Assembly (NCBI GenBank): GCA_030264375.1
Contig: JASCQW010000128.1
Location: 33,825,973-33,889,972 of the forward strand
DNA from: Carcharhinus longimanus
Lineage: Eukaryota
Direction of reading: 5' to 3'
DNA: 64,000 nucleotides
The notes beneath the pieces are model-generated. The model did not search any database and was not told where the DNA came from. It saw only the letters and a list, made by a program, of their open reading frames with translations. This document shows, piece by piece, positions 50,210 through 63,472 of the stretch (within the stretch, counting starts at the first letter, position 1; each line of letters starts with the position of its first letter). Made by a program: the position numbers and the translations under genes.

Positions 50210-51140
50210 AAAGGTAGAAAATAGGAGCAAGAGGAAGCCATTCAACCCTTTGTGCATGCTCCACCATCCATAACCTGATCCAGCTTCTCCCCTATATCCT
50301 TTGATTCCCTTTGCCCCACATCTGTTTCTTTAAAGCATATAATGTTTTGGCCTCAACTACTTTGATAGTGAACTCCACAGGTTGCCCACTGTCCAGGTGA
50401 AGAAATTTCTTCTCATCTCCATCTAAACAGTCTACCCCATATTCTCAGAGTGTGACCCCTGACCACTACTGGAAACATCCTTCTTGCTGCTACTTTGTCT
50501 AGTCCTGTTAGAATTTTATAGGGTTTTACAAGACTCCTGTCATTCTTCTGAGCTCCAGCCAATATAATCCTAACCGACTCAATCTCTCCTCATACGTCAG
50601 TCCAAACATTGCAGAAATTAGTCGGGTAAAGCTTCTCTGAACTCCCTCTAGAGCAGGAGCATCCTTCCTCAGATAAGGAGACCAAAACTGCATTCAATAT
50701 TCCAGGTAAGGCCTCATCAGGGCCCTGTATAATTGCAGCAAGGTATGCCTACTCCTGCACTTGAATCTTCTCACTACAAAAGCCAACATTATATTTGCGT
50801 TTTTACTGTATGCTGCATCTGCATGACACCCAGATCTTGTTGCACATTTCCTTCTCCTAATTTATGGCTATTTTAGTTTAAACCCTCCCCACCACTCTAG
50901 CAAATACTCCCCTTAAGGCATCAGTCCTGGTTCTGCCAAGTGTAATCCGTCCAGTTTGTACTGGCCCCACCTCCCCCAGAACCGAACCCAATGCCCTAGG
51001 AATCCGAAATCCTCCCCCTCACACCATCTCATCAGACACTTATTCATCTAATATATCCTGCTATTTCTACTCTAGCACTAGGACTACGACTAGCACTAGC
51101 ACTGGTAGTAATCCTGAAATCATTATCTTTGAGGTCTGGT
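50210..51140 (-). mobile_element. CR1 LINE remnant: ORF1 end joined to the ORF2 C-terminus and 3' end
   Basis: 50210-50860 is the reverse complement of the CR1 C-terminus (gaatgcagttttggtctccttatctgagg). 50872-51140 resembles the ORF1 esterase end seen at 40335-40600. Confidence 0.75.
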
Positions 51141-51299
51141 GAGTAAAAGCCAGCCAGGCTTTGGAAAATTATACATTGGAGGGCCACAAAACTCATTCCC
51201 AATTTGAGGCATTAGGGACTCCAAACTTCAGAGAAACAGAGTTAGGGGGTGATCTGATCAAGGTTTCCAAGAATTTGAAGGAAATTATGTTTGGAGTAA

Positions 51300-51728
51300 G
51301 AAAGAAAGCATGTATAGCGTTTTTCTCAGTTAGTGGATATCTTAAAGTGCTTTACAGTCAAAGGTAATTACCTTTGAAATGTAGGAAATGCAGCTGTCAA
51401 CTTGCACAGAAAGCTTTCACAATAGTATTGTGATAACAACAGATAATCAATTTTAGTGATATTAATTGGGAGATAGATATTGGTCAGGACACCAGGAATA
51501 ATTCCTCTGCTCTCCTTCAAAATCACATCTTGGGATCTTTTATGCCACCTCAGGGAACAGACAGGCCCTTAGTTTAACATCTGAACAGAAAGACAGCACT
51601 TCCAGTATTACAACACTCCCTCAGTATGGCGTTGAAGTACCTGCCTGAACTTCAGTGCTCAAGTTCTGGAATAGGACTTGAACCCACAATGTTGTGTCAG
51701 AGGCAAAAGTGCCATCAACTGAACTAAA
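51300..51728 (-). mobile_element. near full-length Deu-SINE nested in an old CR1 fragment (51225-51930)
   Basis: gatattggtcaggacaccaggaataattcctctgctctc...acactccctcagta...ggacttgaacccacaa...agaggcaaaagtgccatcaactga. Confidence 0.8.
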
Positions 51729-52059
51729 GGTAAATAGTTTGCTCCAGCTGAATAAGGGGTCACAATTTGAAGTTATTTAGAGTCAGATTCTAGATTAGAC
51801 ACCAGGAGATGTTTTCCCAAAAAATAGTGGACCTCTGGAACAGGCTGCCAGCTTTTGTGACAGACACTGAAGATCTGAATTCAATCAAGTGAGAATTGGA
51901 CCTACTTCTAGCTGGGGCAAAGATCACCTTGTATTAAAGGTCAATACTGCACAGTATTATCTCTATGAGTGTGATCTCTTTGGCAAGGTTTGATCGCTTA
52001 AGCAGCTTTTTCCAGATTTCACCCTACCCACAAAAACAAAATCTTGTTTTTCACCACTC

Positions 52060-52850
52060 CCGATCACATGATTGTGGTTGGAACAGGAGTATGTATTGTG
52101 ATGGACGATGCATCACAATGTGGCAAATTAAGAATGTCAGAAAATGTAAAATTGACACTATTGATAGGAATTGGCATTTTATCTAAATGTTGAGACTGCA
52201 CAACTTGAGATGCTGAGGGATTGGGTGGCCTAGTGCATGAATCACAAAAGGCTGTAGGATGTAGGTACAGCAAAGAATTAAGAAAGCGAATAGAATCTTA
52301 TTTTTTGTGTGGGGAATTTAATACAAAAGAAACGAGGTTATGCTTCAGTTATACAGGGCATTATTTAGACTACATCTGAAGCACTGTGAGCAGTATTGGT
52401 CTCCTTACTTACAGAAATAATTCCTGGAATGGGCAGGTTGTCTTACAGAGGAAAGGTTGGACCAGCTACACTTGTATTCACTGGAGTTTAGAGGAGTAAA
52501 AGATGATTTGTTTAAAGCATATAAGATCCTGAGGGGTCTTGACAGAATGTGGAAGAATCTAGGCCACTGTTTAAAAGCAAAGGGGCACCCATTNNNNNNN
52601 NNNNNNNNNNNNNNNNNNNNNNNNNNNNNNNNNNNNNNNNNNNNNNNNNNNNNNNNNNNNNNAATCTTTGGAACTCTTTTCCTCAAAAGTGGCAGAAGCA
52701 GAGTCTTTGAATATTCTTAAGGCAAAGATAGATAGATTCTTGAGAAGCAAGGGGGTGAAGAAAGGCAAGAATGTGAAATTGAGGTTACAATCAGATCAGC
52801 CATCATTTTATTGAATAGCACAGGTGGTGACAGGCCAAGAGCTTACTCTT
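52060..52850 (+). mobile_element. CR1 LINE 3' portion
   Basis: ORF 52457 reads LHLYSLEFRGVKDDLFKAYKILRGLDR, the CR1 ORF2 C-terminal motif. Confidence 0.85.
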
Positions 52851-53387
52851 GATCAGTAGGTGCGCATGTGTGTGGGGCAGGCTGAATGAATCAGTGGATC
52901 TTTTTCTGCCAGTCATAGTTTTTCTGCTTGTAAAATGGAATAAAAAGGCCAAACTGCTTTAGTTAGCTTGAAACTCTGAAAGGATAGAATCCCAAACTAG
53001 GTAAAAACGTAACACTGAATTAAAAAAATGTTTCTTGGATAGGATTTCCCAACTGACTAAATCCAAGTAGAGTTATGATATCATATGTGAAGACAATCCA
53101 GATAGATATACACAAAATAATAGATGCTGTTGTACAAATTTAATGCATACATCACCCTGCAGTCTTTGTATAGGCNNNNNNNNNNNNNNNNNNNNNNNNN
53201 NNNNNNNNNNNNNNNNNNNNNNNNNNNNNNNNNNNNNNNNNNNNNNNNNNNNNNNNNNNNNNNNNNNNNNNNNNNNNNNNNNNNNNNNNNNNNNNNNNNN
53301 NNNNNNNNNNNNNNNNNNNNNNNNNNNNNNNNNNNNNNNNNNNNNNNNNNNNNNNNNNNNNNNNNNNNNNNNNNNNNNNNNNNNNNN

Positions 53388-53551
53388 ACATCTTTGGACT
53401 GTGATAGGAAACCAGAGCATCTGGAGAAAACCCACACAGACACGAGGAGTGTGCACAAACTCCACACAGACAGTGGCCCAAGCCAGGAATTGAACCGAGG
53501 TTCCTGCAGCTGTGAAGCAGCAGTGCTAACCACTGTGCTACTGTGCCGCCC
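53388..53551 (-). mobile_element. HE1/V-SINE head and body
   Basis: Reverse complement of gggcggcacagtagcacagtggttagcactgctgcttcacagc; truncated by a gap. Confidence 0.85.
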
Positions 53552-53907
53552 ATGTATACACAACCAAGAGAATTTCTCACATGTATCTCTAATTCACTGG
53601 TCACCTGAATGGAGAGGCTGTGTTATTCCTTTCAGACTATAAAAGGACATGAGTGAGGGCATTACTGGTAAGTCCAGCATTTGTTGCCTGTTCCATAATC
53701 ACCCTTGAACTAAATGTAGGAAACTATGTAAGAATGATGAACACAGGCTAGGATTACACAATCAACAGGAGTAAATTTTACATTGGATATTGGACACGGT
53801 GATGCAAATTACTAGGGTAGAAGGCACTCTATGCATAAGGATAGGCAACAGGAAATGCAAATTACAAAATTTAGTAATTCCAAAATAAGTGTATCAGAAA
53901 GAGATGT

Positions 53908-56537
53908 GGGGTGAAATTTTCTGAAAGTCAATTTTGATGCAAACATCAAAGAGTCAGTGTGATGGCATAGACAGATAGGAGTCAGACATGAGCAGTATCT
54001 GAACAGAATCACAGACCATTCCTCACTGCAGTCATCATCATCCTCCTGCATCAGCCAGCTAGCAGGCACTCAAGGATTCCACTCCCCTGCTCTAGCACCT
54101 TGATATTTGGTATGTTGGAGGGGGTGCTCATGCTACTGGATAGTGAGCCAGCCCTCTTCCATGGTGTGAGGTGATGAGCATCCTGTCCATGCATACTCTC
54201 ACCTCTGCCTGACCCGAATTCTCTGAATCCTGAATGGGTTCTTCTTGATAGCCTCCTATATGTTCTCCTCATCCGAGGACACTTGTTGCTCCTCGAGATC
54301 TTCCTCGGGAAGGTCATCACCCTGCTACAGAGATAGTTTGTGGAGCACACATCAGATTATGATGATGCAGGAGATCCTCTGAGGGCTGTATTTGAAATGC
54401 CCCACCAGACCTGTCAAGATAGCAGAGTCGCATCATTAACAGGCTGATGCACTGCTCAATGACAGACTAAGCCTTATTGTACTTCACCTCTGCTGCAATC
54501 AGTGCCCTCCAAAGTGGCATCATCAGCCACAACGTGAAGGCATATCCCTTGTCCCTAATGAGCCACCCCTGAAGCCTGGATGCCCCTTTAAAATTCTAGG
54601 GAACTAGCTGATGGAACACAGTCACACTAGCGGCACATCACAGCCACGTGACCCCCTTGATGCCCTGGGGCAAGGGCAGTGACAAGGGCAGTCAATTGCC
54701 CTATGCATCTGTGGCAGACCAGTTATGTTCGCAAAGCCCATGGCCCTTTCATCTTGCCAGGTCTGGTCAGGTCAAATGTATCTACTTCAGAATCCTAGTA
54801 TGAAGTAGATCCATGACTTCACAATGCACTTATGAACAAATGCCTGTGATATTCCACACAAGTCACTTGTGGAGCCATGGAAGAACCCATTGTGTAGAGG
54901 TTTAGGGCTGCCATGACCTTCATGGCCACAGAGGGTAAGTCTCCTCTCCCACCATGTGAGGTAGAGTGCTCGAAGGCACATGTTGCCTGACAGCTCCACG
55001 AAAAATACAAGTCCTGTAGATCTTTGCTTTCCCTCATGCCCCTGCACAGCTGGTGCGGCCCCTGGCCCAAGACTGTCCTGTGACATCTTGGCCTCCTTCT
55101 GCAGGGTCTTCCCTTGATGCTGTCACACATTGCTGCTGGAATCTATGCTCTTTCAGGACAATTATTAGTAGGTTGGCCAGCTCCACTGGCTCCATTCTGA
55201 TATTAATCAGATTCCTGTGAGAGAGCGAGCGAGGAGCAGCGAGAGCAAGAGGAAGAGAGAGCTCCAGCCTATGGCCTTACTCGCTGAAACTTGCCTTAAG
55301 ACTCCCATCAGGTGCTCCCCTCCCTTAGCTTCTGGGGGTGTTAACAGAAGGGTTCTATGCTCACTCATCCTGAATGACCAGAGTCAACTGGATGGTGATG
55401 TCCACCTTGGGGGGCTATTCAATCCTGACCAGCAGGAACTTGAGTTCCAGCAATGAAGTGAGCACAGTGCTCTCAATCCCATGCAACNNNNNNNNNNCCA
55501 TGCAACCAAACATTAAGTCCTGAACCTCAAGTATTCTTCCCATATTTGACTGAGACTGCGGGCAGCTGACATTGCTCAGGGTTAACTCTTGCTGCTAATT
55601 AGTGTGACTGGCATGAATCCAAAAATGTTAGAGGGCACAACTGCTTTACATTTCAAGGAGAGGCCGAGCTAATAGGCACCCTATTTACTCACGCTGCATC
55701 ATTCAGAGATCTCATTGCTGTCATGCCTCAACACTTAAACCAACATGACTGCTGCTTCAGAGGTTAAGAAACCTCCCCTACAGAGTGCAGACCATGTTGC
55801 CCTCTATTTTGGGTTGGGTCTAATCCACCCAACCCAGATCCTCAACTCTCATCACACTCTGCTCAATACCTCATGTGCCTGCAGCCACCCCTACTTGATA
55901 CTCTCATGTTATAGATTGCAAACTTACATAGCACTAAAAATTCACAAGCAATGCAGACAACAGACTTACACAGTACTAAAAGCTCACTTAAAGTTCAGAC
56001 AGTGGACTTCAGGAGCACCCACACCAACCGTGATCCCCACACTGCCTCACAAATGCAGCATTATGCCCCAGAAGCTGCACTCCGCTTCCTCTCACACCCC
56101 CTGACTCCTCTCTCAAGTCATAACCCCAATCCCCCCACCCCCATCTTCCCAAAAGATCTCTGACCACCCCCCCCTCTTCGGAGCTGGCCAGTGGGCACTG
56201 TCTCATTGGACTTCCTGGTGCTCAGTGGAGACAGTGTTGCTCACCAATTTCCTCTCTCAGAAGTTATGGTACCTGGTTTCCATTTTTAAAAAGGAGAAAT
56301 TTGCACCAGTGCGATGTTAAGCCTGGTGTGTGGGCGGATTTGATGAGGACTGAAGATGTGAAGCCAACCATGCTAATGGATTCAAATTCACGTAAATCAA
56401 GTTTGCAACCTTCCTGGGTGTGAACCTCAACCCATCATCAGGGATGGCTCAGAAAGATCATGCTCAGAAATCTCACTGGCGCAAATCACATTTTTAGCCT
56501 CTCACAAGATTGAGCAGTCATGATGGAATTTGCGCCC
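53908..56537 (-). mobile_element. decayed PIF/Harbinger DNA transposon with DDE transposase remnant (about 54330-55090)
   Basis: Minus-strand translation gives KVMAALNLY, DLCGISQAFVHKCI, GWLIRDKGYAFTLWLMMPL, EVKYNKA*SVIEQCISLLMMRLCYLDRSGGA and CVLH, which are HARBI1-like motifs with stops and frameshifts. Putative termini ggggtgaaattttc / ggaatttgcgccc. Confidence 0.8.
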
Positions 56538-57374
56538 GCAGCTAACGTGGCCACTAAATCTTGTCCACGATTTGTGTCACAATTAACTGAACTTTTATAA
56601 CAAGAGAAATTCCATTTGACCACTTCCAAAATGCAGCCTAGCTCATTAATTGAATTTACTAGTACTGGTACCACTATTAGCTTCTTTGCTGGAACAATTG
56701 TTCATTGTTACCTCATCCTGTTCACCGGAATGACTCAATCCAAACTAATGTTACAAGACTGTCCGGAAAGAATTCAGATTCTTTGTCTCTTCAGAAACCA
56801 TGCCCCAAGGTGTTGGTGACCATGGACTTCATGTGTAAGGTCACAGTTATGCTTGGCAAGATACTGCAGTGCTTTGCCATTGCTTTCTGCAGATTCTGGC
56901 TGATCAAAAGATTCTCCTTACTCCATGCTACACACATTAGGAGGATATACAGGTTGATAATTAATACGTTTGGCCACATTATGAATGCAGTCTTTTTTGC
57001 AATCAATTTCTGTGGTGAGCCTTGAATCTGGAGCTTCTGGCTCTGAGATAGGGATGTTACCTGCAACACCACAGGACCCTCAGATTTCTGATTAACTAGG
57101 ATAAATATTACCAATCTAAAAGACGGAAAATTATTACACAAGTCCCAAGTACTGTTTAAATCCAAGTGATAAGATTATCTGCAAATGCATGTCCACTTTT
57201 ATTAAACTTTAATCTTTTTGAATAAAAATTATTATACCAATGCAGACATGCCAAATTGATTTTATGACTTCTCCGGGACAATTAGGACTTCTGCACCTGT
57301 TTTCCCTCAGTATTTAAAACTGGGAACACAACATGCATTGGGAACATACTGCCTCAAATAATAAAAGATTATAA

Positions 57375-57720
57375 GATTGTGAGGGAAATGGACAGAGTGG
57401 ATAAGGAGCAGCTGTTCCCCTTAGCCAAAGAGTCAGTCATGAGGGGACATAGGTTCAAGGTGAGGGGCAGGAAATTTAGGGAAGATGTGAGGGAAAATCT
57501 TTTTACTCAGAGGGTGGTGACAGTCTGAAATGCCCTGCCTGGCAGGGTGGTAGAGGCATCCTTTAAAAAGTATCTGGATGAGCACTTGGCACATTACAAC
57601 ATTCAGGGCTATGGGCCAAATGCTGGCAGATGGGATTAGGTAGGAGTTCAGGTGTTGCTAACGTGTCAGTGCAGATTCGATGGACCGAAAGGCCTCTTCT
57701 GCGCTGTATGAATCTAGGAT
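57375..57720 (+). mobile_element. CR1/HER1 LINE 3' end
   Basis: gaggggacataggttcaaggtgaggggc...tttttactcagagggtggtga...gatggaccgaaaggcctcttctgcgctgtatga. Confidence 0.85.
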
Positions 57721-58284
57721 ACGATAATATGAGAGCACTATTTATAGCATTTTATGGTTGTTTCACTGTCATTAAAACCAAGAAAACTGCTGTGTTGTTG
57801 TGATGATATGAAAAAACATTGAAATGCAAATGGATGCAATGTAGTGCAACATCATATTTCTTTTAGTACCAATTTTGTGTGCAAACTTAATTTACAGGCA
57901 GACAAAAAGCTTATGTAAACAACAACTTCTGCAACAAGGTCAGTGTTTTATTGTAATACCACCAGGATATAGGAACATAAGTAGAGCATGTGACACCATT
58001 ATTACTTAGTAGTTGAGTACAATGTTCTAATTCATAAGGAACTGAAGTACACAAATTATAAAGTAACAACTAAAACAATATAAGCAATACATGTTCGTAT
58101 TATTTAATATTTTGTTCACATGACAAAATTACTAAAACTATTTTAAGCAGGGATTATAAATCCACACAAGGTTAGCTGGTGACATTGAACAAAAGAATGC
58201 CAATGCTTTTCATTCATAATTCTACATAAATTATTTTTGAATTAGCTCCTCCAGTTGTGATTCCCTCTTTAAATGGAAATTTAA

Positions 58285-61200
58285 TCAGTGGAATCAACTG
58301 CTAGCATGTGCAGGATCTTAAAAGAAGTGGCTGTAGAGGCATGCATTATAACCTTCCAAAATTCCTTACATTCTGGAAATGTTTCAGTGGTTTGGAAAAT
58401 ATCAAATGTAACACATTTATTCAAGAAAGGAAAGAGACAAAATGCAGGATGTATAAACCAGTTGGATTAACACCTGTCATACAGAAAGTGCAAAAACCCA
58501 TTAAGGTTACAGCAGGATACTTAGAAAACCATAATGGAATCAGGCAGAGTCGACATGGTTTTGTGAAAGGGGAATTGTGTTTAACTAATTTATTAATGTT
58601 CTTTGAAGAAGTAATAAGCAGGGTGGATAAAGGGACACCTGTAGATGTACTTGGATTTCTAAAACACATTTGACAGTACACCACCCTGCTTCTGAGTTCC
58701 TTTTGGAAATGAGCCTCAACAGTCCATGTGTGAAATTCCATGAAAAACAATATATCAGGGCATGTTTCCAGTGCAAGCAAGAGATCAGTCCTGAAATGGA
58801 TGTATTTTCTCACCCACCAGAACAGAACATCAATCACCAGTTTGATATGGCTGTGAGCAGCTGACTGGGAGACATCACAAACGTCACCATCTGACCCCTG
58901 GAAAGATCTGGGGACATAACTGTTAAACGTGACGGTGATCTTGAGAGCCATGGGCATTGGACAGCCATCCAATCATCCAGCACATGGATGCCAGAGCTTC
59001 CCTTGAAAGCTGGATGCAAATTGGACTGATCTTTGTATGCCCTGAGGGGAACAAATCTCAGATGTCATCAGACTGAAATGTTCTGAAAACACCAGACAAG
59101 ATGCCCAATCTCCAAAGCAAACAGTGAAAATGTTCATAATACTCCAAACTGGACCCTCACCAAATGTTCAATTTTCTTCCCAACTCAGCCTGCCTTTGTT
59201 CTTGCCCTATGGATGACAAAATGGCAAAAACGGTTTGTCTGTCTGCCCATGTTGTTGTCATGCCATCCTAAAACTTGTATGGGCAGCATAATATTCTGGT
59301 CAATTACACTTTTGATTCTCAAAATGAACTTCCCAATTGATGGCAGGCATGCATCTGATTCAGGCTAGCGCCGACATCTTATCACACGATTTCAAATGCA
59401 CATCCACCTGGGCAGCGTAAGATTCTGCACATGTAGGGATAACAGATTAGCATAGATAAATAATTGGTGAGTTAGCAGTAAAGTTGGGATAAATGGGTCT
59501 TTTTTGGATTGAAAACTTTAACAGGTGAAGTGTCACAAGGATCAGTGTTGGGGATCCGCAATTTATAATCTCTATCAATGACTTGGAGGAAGGAACCAAA
59601 TGTATAGTAGATAAAAAGGAGGTAAAGATTCTATAAAGGGACAGATATAGGAGAGAGGGGCAAAACTGAACTTGTGTATTCGTGTCTGTAAACAGATTTT
59701 TTTGTTGTTTTAAAGAATAGAATATAGCACTTATTTGAAAACACCTTTGTTTGTGTAGCCAATTCTTAAAATTACTCTTGGCAAAGTCCCTTAGTATTAA
59801 ATCAGAAGTTTGGTTTATTCGCACATTCAAATCAGAGGAGAAGTGGGTGGTGATTGCAATATCACACACATACAATTACAGACTAAGAGGATAAGAAGGA
59901 GGTGTTTTACAATTATGGATAACTGTAAAAAGAACCACAGAAATAGATGTCAGTTCATTTGACTGCCAAAGTTCAGAATGTCCAAATCCAGTTGGGGTTC
60001 CATCATGGAGAAATTCCAGTTCAGGCAGGTTTCAAGCTGAAGGCAGAAGTGCACGATTCCTCCAAAGATGATTGGGATGCAGTGAAATGAGATTGATATT
60101 CTGGGATTTTTGTCTGCTTGGCAGGCAGTGGCTTCCAGATGAATAGGCTTAGAGGAGAGCTTGTTGCAGACTGCTTAGCCGGCTTGGGGTCTGCTGTTGT
60201 ATTTTTGCAGGTTGGAGTTAAATCAGTACACCACCCTGCTTCTGAGTTCTCAACAGTATAGGGAGATTTCAACATGGTCACAAGTCATGTGGCTTCCTTC
60301 CTCCACAGTGATTTCATAAAAGGTTGTTTACTTGATGTCTGGATCTGGCATTTGTTTGGTAACTTAGATGCCCCGATTATTTGCCTCTGAAAGAGTCATT
60401 ATCCACACTGATGATGCTGTTCTTGGTAGCTATTGTCTTAGTAGACTGTTAGAGGGGTGAGCTTATAAAGATGCAAAAGACGCCCTTTTCCCTTTAGTAG
60501 TTCCTTTTGGAAATGAGCCTCAACAGTCCGCATGTGAAATTCCATGAGAAACAATATGTCAGGGCATGTTTCCAGTGCAAGCTATATAATACTTTAGCGT
60601 TCATTTTATAAATCCAGGCATCAAGTGACTTGTGGCAACCATCTTTTGGTTCAGAAAAGTTAATTTTTAGATGAGGAAAAAAAAAGTTCTATTTACATTG
60701 TTTATGATTGCTATCATGTCATAGGGACATGTCAACAGGAAGACTAGAAAACAGTACACTACTTATTTGGAGAGAATGCAAAACTTGATAATACAGAGGG
60801 ATCCAGGTGTCCTGGTACATTTAATTCACAAAATGTTAGCATGTAGATATAATAAATGATTAAGAAGGTAAGTGGAGTCTGTGTTTATTGCAAGGGGAAT
60901 AGAATATAAAAGTAGATAAATTTTACTGCAGCTGCAGAGGGCCTTGATGAAACCACATCTGGAATACTGTACCCAATTTTGGACCCCTTATTTAAGAATA
61001 TAATTACATTAGCAGTTCAGAGAAGGTTCATTGGACTCATTCCTGGAAGGAGTTACTTTATGAAGAAAGGTTGAACTGAGTGGAATTTAGGAACCTGAAA
61101 TTTTGTTGAAACAAAAAATCTTGAGAAAATTCAATGGGATCAATGCCAGGCAGGTGTTTCCTCTTGTGGCAAAGACTTGAACTCAGGTGACATTGTTTAA

Positions 61201-61470
61201 AAATAAGAACTCTTCTTTTTAAAGATGGAGATGAGAAAATACTTTTTCTCTTAGGAGGTTGTTAGTCTGTGGAATTCACTTCCCAAAAAACAGAGGAGGC
61301 TGGATCATTGAAGTTATTCAAGGCTGGGTTAGACAGACTTTTGATAGAGAGGGGGAGGGCAGACAGGAAGTTGTCTTGTGGAGTTGAGACCACAATTAAA
61401 TCAGTCACCATCTTATAGAAAGTTGGGAAAGATACTCAGGACCGAATGGCCTGCTCCTACTCCCAAGTCC
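58285..61470 (+). mobile_element. one CR1 LINE (RT to 3' end) broken by two insertions (about 58674-59430 and 59665-60720)
   Basis: ORF 58308 (YKPVGLT...IRQSRHGFVKGELCLTNLLMFFEEVISRVDKGTPVDV). RT resumes at 59430-59660 (GVPQGSVLG-like caaggatcagtgttggga) and again from 60720 to the 3' end at about 61470. Confidence 0.8.
59665..60720. mobile_element. ~1-kb LTR-like insertion within CR1
   Basis: Non-CR1 block that interrupts colinear CR1 text; no coding motifs recognised; family unknown. Confidence 0.4.
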
Positions 61471-63145
61471 TGTTCCAAAGCACGTTTTTCCCATGCATGT
61501 TGGCTTCAAGTACGATGCAGGGAACCCAGTTATTTTGTTTCTGCATCATAAAACGTAAATATCACATTTATCAGTTAAATCTTTTATTTGACCTCTATTT
61601 CCTCTTTTGAGCATACTGGATGCTATTAGGTCATGGTTTTACTGAAACCAACCATCCTCAAGTGCCAACGCCTACATGCCATTCCTTCACATCCAAGCCT
61701 CAATTGAACATGCTGGCAAGCTTTTGGATTTCAGCCTAAACCTGTCTCTAGTCAAAACAGACCTGAAGTTGCAGCTTTGAAACATCACTGCCTTTTAATT
61801 GCAGTAGTCAATGAAGTAACTAGTGAATTTCTCACTATTTGACTAGAGAACTGCTAATGGGATTGACCTATTTATCAGCCTGCTAACAGATCTAATGCTA
61901 CAGTTTTGACATGCAATTTTAGCAGTGACAATTCTGACATAAGGAATAGTCCGGTAAATTCTTCAGGCATATAAATCAACTTGGAAAGTAGCACACAGTT
62001 TTTAATTGGAGCTAAGGAACTTAGAGAAAAACAAGAATGATGAGAGAAGAAAAGAGTACTGAAGAAATAAAAGACACAAAGTCATAAATTAAGTGAGGGA
62101 ATAAAGACATACCATTCAGGCATACAAAATAGTAGAGCGAAATGGTGTTAGAGCAAGATCATTAGGCACGAATTAGGCTACTGTAAATAATAGTATATGT
62201 AGCTATTTCTGATGCTTTTCAAAAACCTAAACACCATTTCCCCATCTATAGAATATCTAGGTTTTTTGTACGAACATAAATCAATACCTTCTAAAAAGCA
62301 AAACACTGAATAATATTATTTCTGCTGAAATTGTCTCAGTTGTCCATTTCATCCTAAATTATTTTAAAAGCAAATTTTTCATTTACTCATCAAATTTGCT
62401 CCACTTTTATTCCTCAGTTTAGTTTTCCCAGGTTCATAGACAATTTAGCCAATATCATAGAATCCCGACAGTGCAAGAGGTCACTCAGCCCATCAAGCCT
62501 GCACTGACAACAATCTCAGCCAGGTCCTAATCCTGCAACCCACACACTGACCCTGCCAATTGCCTGGACGCTAACAGGAAATTTACCATGGCCAATCCAG
62601 CTAACCTGCACAACTTTAGACAACATGTTTACCTTAAATTATTTCAGTACATGTAATTTTTTTTGAATTTGATTTTGTGAAAAAGTGTGAAGTCCTTCCT
62701 TGGACACACACAATTGACAGAGGGATAAGCTGGTTGTTTTGTATCTTGGAAAACATTTCAAGAATTTTGTAGTTATTATGGTACTTTCCCTTTACAGCTG
62801 ATGATTTTCTAATATATTCATTGTATCAAGTCACTTGTACAATGCCTAGGCTCCAAATTTAATTAGGTTTTTAAGCAGCTTTTCTGGACCTCAATAACTA
62901 GTCTTGGTAAGCAAACATTTTCTCTTAGCATACTTTAATTTTAGCTACACTCGTAGGAAAGCCGGTGGGAAATATGAAAAATTTAAATTTAGCCTGCGTG
63001 ATGCTGCACCATTGAAAGTGTGCTATGGGAAATGTTTCACGAGATCTAAAGATTCAGCATTCAAAATAATTTACGAAGGTTAACAAAAAAAAGCAATATT
63101 TTAATTTGAACATAGATGCACACTTCATTGTAGTCTGAAAGACAA

Positions 63146-63472
63146 GGGAGGCATGGTGGCACAGCGATTAGCACTGCTGCCTCACAGCGCCAGGGACCCA
63201 GGTTCAATTCCGGTCTTGGGTGACTGCCTAAGTGGAGTTTGCACATTCTCCCCTTTACCTGGATGGGCTTCCTCTGAGTGCTTCAGCTTCCTTTCACACT
63301 CCAAAGATGTGTGGGTTAGATTGATTAGCCATATTAACTTGCCTCTTAGTGTCAGGGAGATTAGAAGGGTAAATACATGTGGTCATGAGATAGGATTGGA
63401 TAGTTGTTGATGCAGACTTGATGAGCCAAATGGCCTTCTTCTGCACTGTAGGAATTCCATGAATGATTCTGA
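63146..63472 (+). mobile_element. full-length HE1/V-SINE (tRNA head, V-domain, CR1/HER1-derived tail)
   Basis: A-box tggcacagcgattagc, B-box ggttcaattcc, ggagtttgcacattctccc core, tail gatgagccaaatggccttcttctgcactgtagg. Confidence 0.9.

Noticed and set aside
53073-53642. Several 116-172 aa ORFs
   Set aside because: Length is due to translation through an N gap and a SINE.
58421-58972. 183-aa minus-strand ORF
   Set aside because: Antisense to CR1 RT plus inserted fragments; a chance ORF.
63146-63215. tRNA-like A/B boxes
   Set aside because: They are SINE heads followed by a V-domain and LINE tail, not tRNA genes.
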